A stretch of DNA of 64,000 bases from an uncultured virus (IMG/VR IMGVR_UViG_3300027977_001066) (taxonomy: Duplodnaviria > Heunggongvirae > Uroviricota > Caudoviricetes): IMG/VR virus record IMGVR_UViG_3300027977_001066; one strand, 5' to 3'. Positions 28,256-38,159 of this stretch are shown piece after piece; positions within the stretch are counted from its first letter, which is position 1, and the number at the start of each line of letters is the position of its first letter. Position numbers and translations under genes: made by a program. The notes under the pieces are model-generated. The model was not told the origin of the DNA, made no database searches, and saw only the letters and a program-made list of their open reading frames with translations.

Positions 28256-31150
28256 ATGAGCAAAATTCTTAAAGGTCTAAACGAAGTCAACCCACATAAC
28301 TACGACAGTGATTGGGATTACCAAAATGCCGTTGCTAGTAGTGGCAGAAGTCGTTCCAGCTATCGTTCACAAGAAGATGATACATTTGATGACGATGTTG
28401 CATACTCTAAAAAGATGTATCAACTAAGCCAAAAACAAAAACGTGATGCAGACCATGATAGATTAGCAACTGGTACTAATGAAGGTATAGATGATCCATG
28501 GGGAGATCAAGGTAACTTTGCAGGTGATAAGCCGGTTAATCTTGGTGGTGTTTCTATTAAAAATATACAGACTGGTGACACCGTTAAGTATTTTGGACAA
28601 CCATCAAAAGTAGTTGCTATGAGTAAGGATCGTAAATATTCTCGCATCACAATTTCAAAAGGTATAGGTGAAGTTACGCAAGATGTATTAACAAGTGACT
28701 TACAACAATTAGGTCAAGGTGTTAGTGAAGAACAACTTGATGAAATCTCTAATGAGAAATTAAGTCAATATAAAACAGCGGCGGCATTAGATGCAGGTAA
28801 AGCTGATTTAGCAGGTGACTATAAGAAAGCTGATAAACGTTTCAGTGGTATTGTTAAAGCAACTAAGAAACAGTTTGCCAATGATACAAAAACTGTCAAA
28901 GAAGATATCAATGTTGTATATAAAAAAGCTAAATCATTAATAACACAATTAGATGAAAATACACAACAAAGAGTTATTAATGCATTAACAAAAAATATAG
29001 ATGATGAAGAACAAAAAACATTCAAATCTACTTACCCTAGAGTAAACAATCCTCAAATATTAGGAACAAAAAATAGAGCTAAGTCAGCTTACTATCCACC
29101 AAGTAAACCTAATGTAAAGAAGTTAGATAAACCACTGCCAGAAAGTTTGGGTGATGAACTAAAATCTAAATCATTAGAAGCATTACAGCAAGTTAAACAA
29201 CAACTTGAACAACAACGTATAGCTGATTTAGAGCAGTGGGAAAAAGATTTTAAACAAAATACTGTTTCTAAGTTCACAGCAAGAGAACCTAATTTTAGAC
29301 AAAGAGCTACATCTACCCCTATGGTAGCAATGCCAGGTGAGAAACATTCTGAACTAAAAGCAAGATTAAGCCAACTTGATAAAGCTATTGAAAAACAAGG
29401 TATATTAGATAACTTAGTTCAAAAGCTTGATAAGAAGGGTCTGTTGACACCAAACATTGAAGCCGGTGTTGATACAAGTATGTTAGCACGTGATGGTGCA
29501 AGAGATAACTATGTTGAGTTGAATAGAAAACTAGACAAAGCATTAGAGTATGTTAAGAACAGATTATTGACTAACAAAGCCGCATATGCTAAACCAAAAG
29601 GTGTTGATGAAGGTTGGAGTCAAAAGTATAAGAGTAGTATCAACTGTAGTCATCCTAAAGGTTTCAGTCAAAAGGCTCATTGTGCTGGTAAGAAAAAGCA
29701 CAATGAAAGTATTGAAATGGAAATGGTATGTGAAGACTGCGGTATGTGTGAAACACACGTAGACCATACTAATTTAGATGAAGCCTGTTGGAAAGGTTAT
29801 CACAAAGAGGGTAACAAGAAAATGTTTGGCAAAACATATCCTAACTGTGTAAAAAATACTAATGAAGAACAGCTAGATGAAAAATGTTGGGATACGCATA
29901 AGCAAGTAGGTATGAAAAGTAAGGGCGGTAAACAAGTTCCCAACTGTGTGCCAAAAGAAAGTGTAGAAGAAGGGGAGGTTATTCCAATGCAACCTCGTAA
30001 TCCTTTGAATAAAAACCTCATCATACAACTTAAAGCATTAAGTGAAACTGCATTAGAAATATTTTGGGAAGGTTCTTATGTACCAACAGCCGCACAAGGG
30101 CAAATGGCACAATTAAGTCAACAAGAACAAACTAAAATATTTAATCAAAATGTAGCACAATTTAAAGCACTTGGTTATGAAACTTCTATATTTGAAGATG
30201 ACATGGATATTTTATTTTTACATTCTATTGCAAGAGAAGCATGGTATGACTCTAAAAAACCAATGAGTAAATATCGCGGATTACCTGACTTAGAGTATAA
30301 TAGTGACACTAACAGCTTAAAAATTATTGATTTAATTGGCGATGACGATGAAGGTATTGTGTATGATAAGAATGTATATGAGCAAGATATAACGGAAGAA
30401 AAATGTCCACATTGTAATGGCCCAATGTTCAGTGAAATGATAATGAACGAAAAGAAAGATGCTTGCTACTATAAAGTAAAGAGCCGTTATAAAGTATGGC
30501 CAAGTGCTTATGCCAGTGGTGCATTAGTAAAGTGTCGTAAAAAAGGTGCAAGCAATTGGGGCAACGGTGGAAAGAAAAATGAAAGTTCTATACTAGAAGG
30601 TATTGAACAAGCGGATGAAAGTTTGCACGATTGGTTCAATAAAGAAAAATGGGTTCGTATGGATACTAAAGGCAATATTAAAGGTCCTTGTGCTAGAGAA
30701 CCCGGAGAAGGTAAACCAAAATGTTTGCCACAAGCAAAAGCTCACAGTCTAGGTAAAAAAGGTCGTGCTAGTGCCGCTCAACGTAAGCGTAGAGAAGATC
30801 CTAATCCAGAACGTAGTGGTAAAGCTATCAATGTTAATACAAAGAAAAACTCTAATGAAAATGTAGACGAGAATTGGAAACAGAAATTAGGTGCGGCTGC
30901 ATTAACCGGGGCAATGGCACTAGGAGCAGCCGGCGCTAATGCTAGAGTTACACCCGGTGATGATCCTAATATTAATCGTTTAACAGGCAAACCCAATATC
31001 ACACAACCTGTACAAACTCAAACTCCTACAAAAGCAGAAGCACCAAAAGGCTTTAGTAAAGAATATCTACAGAGCGTGGTAAATGGCACACATCCAAGAC
31101 CTATGATTAGTGTTGAGAAAGCACAAGAACTATTAAAGCAAGGACAATAA
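28256..31150 (+). CDS. Large mosaic putative internal head protein with Cys-rich basic mini-modules
   Basis: Starts MSKILKGLNE; duplicated LDExCW...PNCV modules, WPSAYASGALVKCRK, KPKCLP...RKRR and a C-terminal hydrophobic segment. Confidence 0.65.
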   Translation: MSKILKGLNEVNPHNYDSDWDYQNAVASSGRSRSSYRSQEDDTFDDDVAYSKKMYQLSQKQKRDADHDRLATGTNEGIDDPWGDQGNFAGDKPVNLGGVSIKNIQTGDTVKYFGQPSKVVAMSKDRKYSRITISKGIGEVTQDVLTSDLQQLGQGVSEEQLDEISNEKLSQYKTAAALDAGKADLAGDYKKADKRFSGIVKATKKQFANDTKTVKEDINVVYKKAKSLITQLDENTQQRVINALTKNIDDEEQKTFKSTYPRVNNPQILGTKNRAKSAYYPPSKPNVKKLDKPLPESLGDELKSKSLEALQQVKQQLEQQRIADLEQWEKDFKQNTVSKFTAREPNFRQRATSTPMVAMPGEKHSELKARLSQLDKAIEKQGILDNLVQKLDKKGLLTPNIEAGVDTSMLARDGARDNYVELNRKLDKALEYVKNRLLTNKAAYAKPKGVDEGWSQKYKSSINCSHPKGFSQKAHCAGKKKHNESIEMEMVCEDCGMCETHVDHTNLDEACWKGYHKEGNKKMFGKTYPNCVKNTNEEQLDEKCWDTHKQVGMKSKGGKQVPNCVPKESVEEGEVIPMQPRNPLNKNLIIQLKALSETALEIFWEGSYVPTAAQGQMAQLSQQEQTKIFNQNVAQFKALGYETSIFEDDMDILFLHSIAREAWYDSKKPMSKYRGLPDLEYNSDTNSLKIIDLIGDDDEGIVYDKNVYEQDITEEKCPHCNGPMFSEMIMNEKKDACYYKVKSRYKVWPSAYASGALVKCRKKGASNWGNGGKKNESSILEGIEQADESLHDWFNKEKWVRMDTKGNIKGPCAREPGEGKPKCLPQAKAHSLGKKGRASAAQRKRREDPNPERSGKAINVNTKKNSNENVDENWKQKLGAAALTGAMALGAAGANARVTPGDDPNINRLTGKPNITQPVQTQTPTKAEAPKGFSKEYLQSVVNGTHPRPMISVEKAQELLKQGQ

Positions 31151-31590
31151 TGTTATCAGATAATCTAAAAGTACTATTAGCTAGTACACAAAGCTTTGCT
31201 ATCAAAAGCCAGAACTTTCATTGGAATGTTGAAGGCAGCAACTTTCCACAATATCACGACTTCTTTAATACATTGTACGAAGATGTAAATGCTACTATTG
31301 ACCCTATTGCTGAATATATCAGAATATTAGGTTCGTATACGCCCGGAAGTTTAACAAGATACGCAGAACTATCAATCATTGAAGACCAAATTAAAATCCC
31401 ACGTGCTGAACTAATGTTTGCTGAATCATTACAAGACTGTGAATTAATGCTTAAGTTAGTAACAGCAATGTTTGATGAGGCAGCTAGTGAGAATCAACAC
31501 GGTATCGAAAACTATATGGCCGAACTACAAGATTTGTACGGCAAGAAAGCTTGGTTCATTCGTTCTATATTAAAACGAGAACGTGAGTAA
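31150..31590 (+). CDS. dps: Dps/ferritin-like protein
   Basis: NFHWNVEGSNF...H..F..LYE...D.IAEYIRILG and a C-terminal K.AWFIRS. Confidence 0.9.
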   Translation: MLSDNLKVLLASTQSFAIKSQNFHWNVEGSNFPQYHDFFNTLYEDVNATIDPIAEYIRILGSYTPGSLTRYAELSIIEDQIKIPRAELMFAESLQDCELMLKLVTAMFDEAASENQHGIENYMAELQDLYGKKAWFIRSILKRERE

Positions 31591-32933
31591 TGCGAGCGAA
31601 TGAGTTTTTAAACGAACTATTCCAGCAAGGTAAAAAGAACTGGGAATGGAAATTTCGCGGCGGTGAAGAAGCTAGAGCAAACTTTACAGTAGGCGATAGA
31701 ACTTATCATTGGCAAGCGTTTTCCCGCAATGCCAATCCTAAGAAATGGGAAGTTCAGTTTATGATGGGTAGAAAAGATACTGATCCACAGGAAATGGATA
31801 TTTGGGGCACAACAGGTACAGGTAATTCAGCCGAAGTATTGTCTACCGCGGTTGATATTACCCGCGAGTTCTTACAAAAATATGGTCTTGATAAAGTAGA
31901 AGAAATAACATTCAATGCCAAAGAAGATAGTCGCATTGGATTATATGCTAAGATGATTAAGCGTTTATTACCTGATTGGGACTTATATAGCAAAAAAGAT
32001 CCACACGATGGAATGATTTTTACACTAACTGACCGTAGAGCATACGACAAGCCTGAAAATAAACTTAGTGAAAATGAACAACTGAATGAACGTGCAACTA
32101 GTGTAGTATTTCATTACACTAGTACCGGTGCCGCATTAAAGATTCTACAATCAGGCAACTTTGAACTTGCAAGTGTAACAGGTAATCCAAGCGAAGAAGA
32201 TTATGCACCAAAAGGTTATCCATACTTTTTAAGTTTAACACGCACACCAACCGGTGACTATCATAGATATGTTGGTACTGGTGGTGTAATGTTTAAAATG
32301 AACGGTGATTGGTTCAACAGTAGATACATTGTTAAGCCAATAGACTATTGGAATAGTGCTTGGTTAAAAAGTGATGGCACAAGAACACGTGAATCAGAAG
32401 ATAGAGTATTCAGCAAAGAGCCAAGTATACCAATGACACCTGTTACAGAGATACATATCTTACTAAAAGAACAAAATGAATATCGTAGCCCACAAACACG
32501 ACAGCTAATGATAACAGCTAAAAAAAGAGATATACCAGTATATCTTTATACAGATGAAAAAGCTTGGAGATTGTTAGATACACGCAAGAGTGTTCAGCCA
32601 AGCCAAGCTAAAGATGTATTGAAGGGTCAACCAACTAGAGGTTCTACTCGCAAGCCAACAGACTTTGTTAAGCCTTGGATTGAGTTGATTGAAAAAGACA
32701 AAGAGGAATACTTAAGCGATAGAGCTAAGAGACAACTAAAGAACCTGTTATGGTATCACGATACAACAGGCGATCATAACATAGGTGTTGATTTAAGTAA
32801 CGCACGTAAGCCAGACGCAGGAGATAGAGCTAGTGCCGTGAAGTTGATTAAATATATGAACGACAATGGTTTTAAGAACACAATAGAGTTGAAAAACTAT
32901 ATATACGATAAATGGAATAAGTTAAAAAAATGA
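31590..32933 (+). CDS. Two-module putative internal head protein (MRANEFLNE)
   Basis: First module is paralogous to a module of 24923..27142. Second module (VFHYT...FLSLTR...ESEDR) begins after LNE. Confidence 0.65.
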   Translation: MRANEFLNELFQQGKKNWEWKFRGGEEARANFTVGDRTYHWQAFSRNANPKKWEVQFMMGRKDTDPQEMDIWGTTGTGNSAEVLSTAVDITREFLQKYGLDKVEEITFNAKEDSRIGLYAKMIKRLLPDWDLYSKKDPHDGMIFTLTDRRAYDKPENKLSENEQLNERATSVVFHYTSTGAALKILQSGNFELASVTGNPSEEDYAPKGYPYFLSLTRTPTGDYHRYVGTGGVMFKMNGDWFNSRYIVKPIDYWNSAWLKSDGTRTRESEDRVFSKEPSIPMTPVTEIHILLKEQNEYRSPQTRQLMITAKKRDIPVYLYTDEKAWRLLDTRKSVQPSQAKDVLKGQPTRGSTRKPTDFVKPWIELIEKDKEEYLSDRAKRQLKNLLWYHDTTGDHNIGVDLSNARKPDAGDRASAVKLIKYMNDNGFKNTIELKNYIYDKWNKLKK

Positions 32934-35272
32934 GAGCACTAGACTTTATAATATTAGAAACAGAAGTACTTGACGAAGTAGCGATGAATCCTACACGACT
33001 AAAGCAAGAAGCTGCCAAGACTGGTGCTCAGGCTGGTATGGAATTTGAGATGATTGTTCCAAACGTTAAACAAGAAGAAGGTGACGGGGATCCAGAAGCT
33101 GATTATGATAGTGATGAGAGTTCCGGTAGTATCCAAAACATACGCAACTTTTTTTATGACCGTAACTACAATGGTCTTAGAGAAGTAGAAAGTTTAGTTG
33201 ATGAACTAACTCAATCTTATCTCGAATGGGCTGATGAAAGACGTAGCGAACAATGGGATAGTGAAGGTAAAGATTATCTACGTGAATATATTGAAAGTGA
33301 AGGCGAGTTTGATGAAGATGCCGCACTAGATGAGGCTTATGACCAGTTAGGCTTAACAGATGAACAAAAAGAAGCGGCAAACAAAGCCGGCGCAAAAACA
33401 ACTAAACTAAAAGACAAAGAAAATAACGAAGATTGGAAACACTGGAAAGAAGCTACTGATATGGTAGAAGAAAAGCGTGACCAATTTGTTGAAGAAGAAT
33501 GGGACAATCAAGAAAGATTGTATGACAATGCACGTGAAAAGTGGATGGATGAAACTGACTGGCCAGACGAAAGCGATTGGTTAGAAAGTGAAGGTCTTTA
33601 TACAATGCAAGACGTTGAAAGTAACTATGATATTAGTTGGCCACATTGGTATTATCCCGATAACGGTGGTGAGTTAAGCGTTGATGATATTGGTGATGAG
33701 TTTAGCAGAATGATTGGTAAGCCAGTCAATACAAGCGAACGTTATCACGGTGCTCGCAGAGAAGCAGGTCACTATGTTGTTGAGCCTGATGGTAGCTTAG
33801 AGCCTGACGATTCCAGTGATGGTGGATTAGAGTTCGTATCTCCACCAATGCCCATAGATGAAATGATAAGTGACTTTAACAAAGTTGTTGCTTGGGCGAA
33901 AGATAAAGGTTGCTACACGAATGATAGCACTGGATTACATATTAATGTAAGTGTACCTGACTTTAGTAGAGAAAAACTTGACTATGTTAAGTTAGCATTA
34001 TTGTTAGGTGACGAATATATATTGAAAGAGTTTGACCGTGAAGGTAACACTTTTTGTAAGAGTGCTTTGAAACAAGTTAAAGATAACATTAGACAAAATC
34101 CAGATAGTGCTAAAAAGTTGTTAGATGGAATGAAAGAAGGACTAAGTGATATCGCTAGCAAACTAGTTCATAGTGGTGCAACACACAAATACACAAGTAT
34201 CAATACCAAAGACGGCTACATTGAGTTTCGTAGTCCCGGTGGTGATTGGTTAGATGCTGATATCCCTAAGATTGAAAACACGTTGTTACGATTTGTAGTA
34301 GCATTAGATGCCGCAGTTGATCCACAGAAATATAGAAAAGAATATCTAACAAAACTTTATAAGTTATTAGCACCAAGTAAAGATAGTACCGACACTATTC
34401 AATACTTTGCTAAGTATGCCGCAGGTGAGTTACCTAAGGCTGCATTGCGTAGCTTTGTTCAGCAAGCACAACTAGAACGCAAGTTGAAGAAAGATACTAC
34501 CGGCGGCAAAAAATATTGGTGGAGTGTTCGTAGTCCTGGTGGTACTGCTAGTATAGAAGTTGTTGCCTTATCTAAAGAAGAAGCAAGAGAAAAAGCCATT
34601 GGTGGTTATCCAAATTGGGCTGACTATCGAAGTTCATTGGTTGCCAAGCCATTGCGTCCGTATGAAAGGGACGACAGTAGTGAACCAAAGTATGAAATAT
34701 TCAATTTGGATACTAACCGAAAGGTAGAAGATGCTGAAGGCATTACCAATGATAGAGAAGCATTGATTCGTCTAAATGATTACCTTGAACACGGACCACA
34801 TAGACTACAACCATTCCAAGCAAGAGATATGTTTGGTATAAGACGTGTTGGTGATAGTGAGCCTATATTAGCACAACCTATTCGTGCTACAGGTGGTGAA
34901 ACACAAGATTACAAACTATACAGAACAGCAGACCAAAGTATAGTTTATACATTCCAAGCTACATCAGTTGAAGAAGCAAGAGAAAAAGCTCAAGCTTGGT
35001 TGTTACAACAAGGTATTGATAGAAGAGGTTATGGTCTATCACGTATGGATCAACCAGCACCCGCACCAGGTAGCACAACTGATATACAACAACAACGTGC
35101 AGCCGGTGGCTTTACTGGTGCTTGGAAAGTGTTAGCTGATGGACAAGAAGTACATCGCTTTAGTGGAGTAGGTAACGTTCAACGTGATGCTAATCGTGTA
35201 GCTATTCAATGGCTAAGAGACAATGGGTACGATCAAGGTACAGACATTGAAGTATTACCTATAATGAGCTAA
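32930..35272 (+). CDS. Putative amidoligase (COOH-NH2 ligase) with acidic insert and C-terminal repeats
   Basis: GMEFE, EPDGSL, GLEFVSP, TNDSTGLHINV, KYTSIN, IEFRSPG; N-terminus MRALDFIILE. Confidence 0.8.
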   Translation: MRALDFIILETEVLDEVAMNPTRLKQEAAKTGAQAGMEFEMIVPNVKQEEGDGDPEADYDSDESSGSIQNIRNFFYDRNYNGLREVESLVDELTQSYLEWADERRSEQWDSEGKDYLREYIESEGEFDEDAALDEAYDQLGLTDEQKEAANKAGAKTTKLKDKENNEDWKHWKEATDMVEEKRDQFVEEEWDNQERLYDNAREKWMDETDWPDESDWLESEGLYTMQDVESNYDISWPHWYYPDNGGELSVDDIGDEFSRMIGKPVNTSERYHGARREAGHYVVEPDGSLEPDDSSDGGLEFVSPPMPIDEMISDFNKVVAWAKDKGCYTNDSTGLHINVSVPDFSREKLDYVKLALLLGDEYILKEFDREGNTFCKSALKQVKDNIRQNPDSAKKLLDGMKEGLSDIASKLVHSGATHKYTSINTKDGYIEFRSPGGDWLDADIPKIENTLLRFVVALDAAVDPQKYRKEYLTKLYKLLAPSKDSTDTIQYFAKYAAGELPKAALRSFVQQAQLERKLKKDTTGGKKYWWSVRSPGGTASIEVVALSKEEAREKAIGGYPNWADYRSSLVAKPLRPYERDDSSEPKYEIFNLDTNRKVEDAEGITNDREALIRLNDYLEHGPHRLQPFQARDMFGIRRVGDSEPILAQPIRATGGETQDYKLYRTADQSIVYTFQATSVEEAREKAQAWLLQQGIDRRGYGLSRMDQPAPAPGSTTDIQQQRAAGGFTGAWKVLADGQEVHRFSGVGNVQRDANRVAIQWLRDNGYDQGTDIEVLPIMS

Positions 35273-35273
35273 T

Positions 35274-35819
35274 ATGAGAGCAACAGAGTTTATTAATAAG
35301 GAAATACCTTTTGCAGACGGGTATTTAGTTGTGAGCAAACACTTTATTAATGATAGAAGTGATGGTTCTGAACGTAACATTCCCATAGAAAAAGTCCTTC
35401 GAGTATTACATAAGTTAGAAACTAGACGTGGACATGAACTAATGAAAATGCCATATATTACTTTTGTAGTTAAAACTACTGATTTAGGAGTAGCTATAGC
35501 CAAGCAAAAAGATAATTATGGTGAAAATGCATATGTTGTATTAACCGCACATCCTACATTGCAAGTATCCTCAGATGAGGATGTATTTTATTTAGAAGAA
35601 CAAGAAAATCCTAAAGTAGATTTAACACCCAACTATCCTAACTATCAAGTGTTAGTAGGTGAGTTCTTGGGTGTAAAGAAGAACAGATATATCTTTCAAA
35701 TAGTTGCCGCAGAACTAAAGCCTGGCCAAGGTGCTACTGAGAAAATAGTTAAATCAATAACAAACAAGACACCGTTTGGTATTGATATTGAAAGAGTAAA
35801 GAATCGTAAGGTAATATGA
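35274..35819 (+). CDS. Hypothetical protein (MRATEFINKE N-terminus)
   Basis: Two modules separated at YLEE. Confidence 0.65.
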   Translation: MRATEFINKEIPFADGYLVVSKHFINDRSDGSERNIPIEKVLRVLHKLETRRGHELMKMPYITFVVKTTDLGVAIAKQKDNYGENAYVVLTAHPTLQVSSDEDVFYLEEQENPKVDLTPNYPNYQVLVGEFLGVKKNRYIFQIVAAELKPGQGATEKIVKSITNKTPFGIDIERVKNRKVI

Positions 35820-36262
35820 TAAAAATGAAAAAAATAATAATATTAGTAATTCTAACATTAACTAGTGTTGCATTTGCACAAAAGCAAAAGCCAATGAACA
35901 TCTATGATTTTCCTATCACTAGGATTATTGATGGGGATACTGTTGCATTTCAAGCAACATTCTTACCTCCACCTTTAAAACAAGAACTAAGTATTCGTGT
36001 ATTTGGTGTTGATACACCTGAAAAAGGTCATAGAGCAATGTGCCCAAGCGAAGACCAACGTGGTCAAGCCGCTACTGCATTTACAAAGAATGCTATCAGT
36101 AAAGCACAAAAACGTCAAGTAGCTATCGCTGATTGGGATAAATACGGTGGTCGTGTATTAGGTGATATATTACTTGATGGACAAAGTTTAAGAATGATGC
36201 TAATACAAAACGGATTTGCAAGAGAATACTACGGAGAAGCCAAACAAAGTTGGTGTAATTAA
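35816..36262 (+). CDS. Staphylococcal-nuclease (SNase/thermonuclease) homologue with signal peptide
   Basis: IIDGDT, IRVFGVDTPE, DKYGGRVLG, GFAREY; Sec-like signal MKKIIIL...AFA (true start may be 35825). Confidence 0.88.
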   Translation: MIKMKKIIILVILTLTSVAFAQKQKPMNIYDFPITRIIDGDTVAFQATFLPPPLKQELSIRVFGVDTPEKGHRAMCPSEDQRGQAATAFTKNAISKAQKRQVAIADWDKYGGRVLGDILLDGQSLRMMLIQNGFAREYYGEAKQSWCN

Positions 36263-36313
36263 ACTACTTTTAGAGATTTTTGATAAATACATGTATAATA
36301 AAGGAACTTTTAT

Positions 36314-36589
36314 ATGACAAAAACATTTACTACTCCAATTCCAGATGATGCAGGAAGAATGCACACATTTGTATACGAAGTTGATAAATTTTTACCACTA
36401 AACGATTGGTTATCAGCTACCAAAACTAAAGAAGAATATGATTATTGGCTTGCTAATGACAGTGTTGGTAACCACACTGATATTGGTTCTGATTATTATG
36501 CAGAATGGTTAGTATCTCAAAAATTAATACATACGATTAAACGTACCGATGGTACTGAAATTGTTAACGACTATCACGAATATCTATAA
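36314..36589 (+). CDS. Hypothetical protein
   Basis: GATAAATA promoter and AAGGA RBS. Confidence 0.7.
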   Translation: MTKTFTTPIPDDAGRMHTFVYEVDKFLPLNDWLSATKTKEEYDYWLANDSVGNHTDIGSDYYAEWLVSQKLIHTIKRTDGTEIVNDYHEYL

Positions 36590-36597
36590 TATATTAA

Positions 36598-37170
36598 ATG
36601 CGGTTTAGTCAGATTGTATTAGAGTCGCCTGCCAATGAGCTAGCAAAGAAACTTCCTAGCTTAGAAAAGCACGACTATAATACAATCGACAGGCTAATGA
36701 GAAGAATCGCTAGTAAACATAAAATTACTGGTAAAGCATTACATGATTTATTTGTCAAAAAATATCATCGTAACCCTGACAGTTGGATTAAAAATAAACT
36801 AGATGAGGCTGGTGAAAATGAACTACAACGAGAAGTTGATATGTTTGTTCAGTGGGCCTCCAAAATATTACATTTAAAATCTACTCCATCTATTGAATTA
36901 AGTATGGATACCGAAGAGGCTCAAACTAATCATCATACCGGTGGTCATCAAATGGGTACTGATAATATTTGGGTCTATGCTAAAAATCGTAACCTTGTAG
37001 ATATACTACGTACAGTATTCCATGAATTAGTACATGTCCGTCAAGGTGAACTAAATATGATTGAACCCGGGGATAGTTATCCCGGTAGCCCAATTGAAGC
37101 AATGGCAGATATGCTTGCAGGAAAATATATCAAAATTTATGGAGAAAAAAATAACCATATCTTTCAATAA
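36598..37170 (+). CDS. Two-module protein with HExxH zincin-like metallopeptidase (MRFSQIVLE)
   Basis: RTVFHELVHVRQ...IEAMA; the module starts after KLDE. Confidence 0.7.
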   Translation: MRFSQIVLESPANELAKKLPSLEKHDYNTIDRLMRRIASKHKITGKALHDLFVKKYHRNPDSWIKNKLDEAGENELQREVDMFVQWASKILHLKSTPSIELSMDTEEAQTNHHTGGHQMGTDNIWVYAKNRNLVDILRTVFHELVHVRQGELNMIEPGDSYPGSPIEAMADMLAGKYIKIYGEKNNHIFQ

Positions 37171-38134
37171 AAATGTTAATATATAAATTTAATAATGACC
37201 AAACAAATGTTTATATAAAAATAAAATTATTGAATAATTCATTCGTATCTAATTGGAAAGATTATGTTACACGTACTTCAAAACGTCTCCCACATTTAGA
37301 TTGGTCTTTTCATCCACATCATGTAACACAACAGCTTGTTACTAATGTAAATTATAGATTTTTTATATTTAATATCCTTAAATCATTTATATTATTAGGT
37401 AAACACTATCAAATTGATTATAGTGCAGAAATAATAGAACTTAAATCTTTATTAATTGATTATAGTAATCTTACTCAACATCATTTAAACAAGTGGCATA
37501 GACACTTTACATCACTGGCAAAATTATTAAATCCCTTTGTATCCTCTACTACATTTACCGACACACCAATAGATAAAATACATCATGCAATACATGAATT
37601 AAACAATAATTCACATCTACTAGAAACATTAACATATCCAAAATTATCTAGGATAAACAAACTAGTTCCTAACCAAATGTATTATGGGTTACATGCCGCA
37701 TCTACTAGTCATTTAGAAGATAACGAGGCAATATGGGGAACAGAGACAGTAGAATATATAACTGAAGAATTTGATTTTAGCGTACAATCATATAATCATA
37801 ATGTTTGGATAACTGATGATATTTTGGGTAAGGATCATTTTAAATGTTGGTTTGAAGAAGATGACCCTAGTAATGATGATATTGGCGGTAACAATTTAAT
37901 GACTCCCAATATTACATTTGACCCTAATAAAATATTTACAAAAACAATAGAAGATCCTGAATTTCAACAATTTGTAATCAATTCAAATAAAAAACTCAAT
38001 CGATATCCAATAGGTGACATAGAAAATATTGATGAAATAGATTGGAATAATATAACCAATCTTAAATTAAAAAGTATAGAGTTAGATGGTTCTATATTAT
38101 GGAAATATGAATGACCGTCATATCTTTCAATAAA
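37156..38134 (+). repeat. 16-bp direct repeat CATATCTTTCAATAAA flanking an inserted gene
   Basis: Copies at 37156-37171 and 38119-38134. Confidence 0.85.
37173..38114 (+). CDS. Hypothetical protein (very AT-rich, apparently inserted)
   Basis: 313 aa with LNKWHRHF, IHELNNNSHLLE and ILGKD motifs; lies between the direct repeats. Confidence 0.7.
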   Translation: MLIYKFNNDQTNVYIKIKLLNNSFVSNWKDYVTRTSKRLPHLDWSFHPHHVTQQLVTNVNYRFFIFNILKSFILLGKHYQIDYSAEIIELKSLLIDYSNLTQHHLNKWHRHFTSLAKLLNPFVSSTTFTDTPIDKIHHAIHELNNNSHLLETLTYPKLSRINKLVPNQMYYGLHAASTSHLEDNEAIWGTETVEYITEEFDFSVQSYNHNVWITDDILGKDHFKCWFEEDDPSNDDIGGNNLMTPNITFDPNKIFTKTIEDPEFQQFVINSNKKLNRYPIGDIENIDEIDWNNITNLKLKSIELDGSILWKYE

Positions 38135-38153
38135 GATTAATCTATGCTATAAT
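38125..38153 (+). promoter_or_regulatory. Sigma70-type promoter TTTCAA-N17-TATAAT (TGn extended)
   Basis: -10 at 38148-38153, flanked by the inverted repeat TCTATGC/GCATAGA; ATG at 38160. Confidence 0.65.
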
Positions 38154-38159
38154 GCATAG

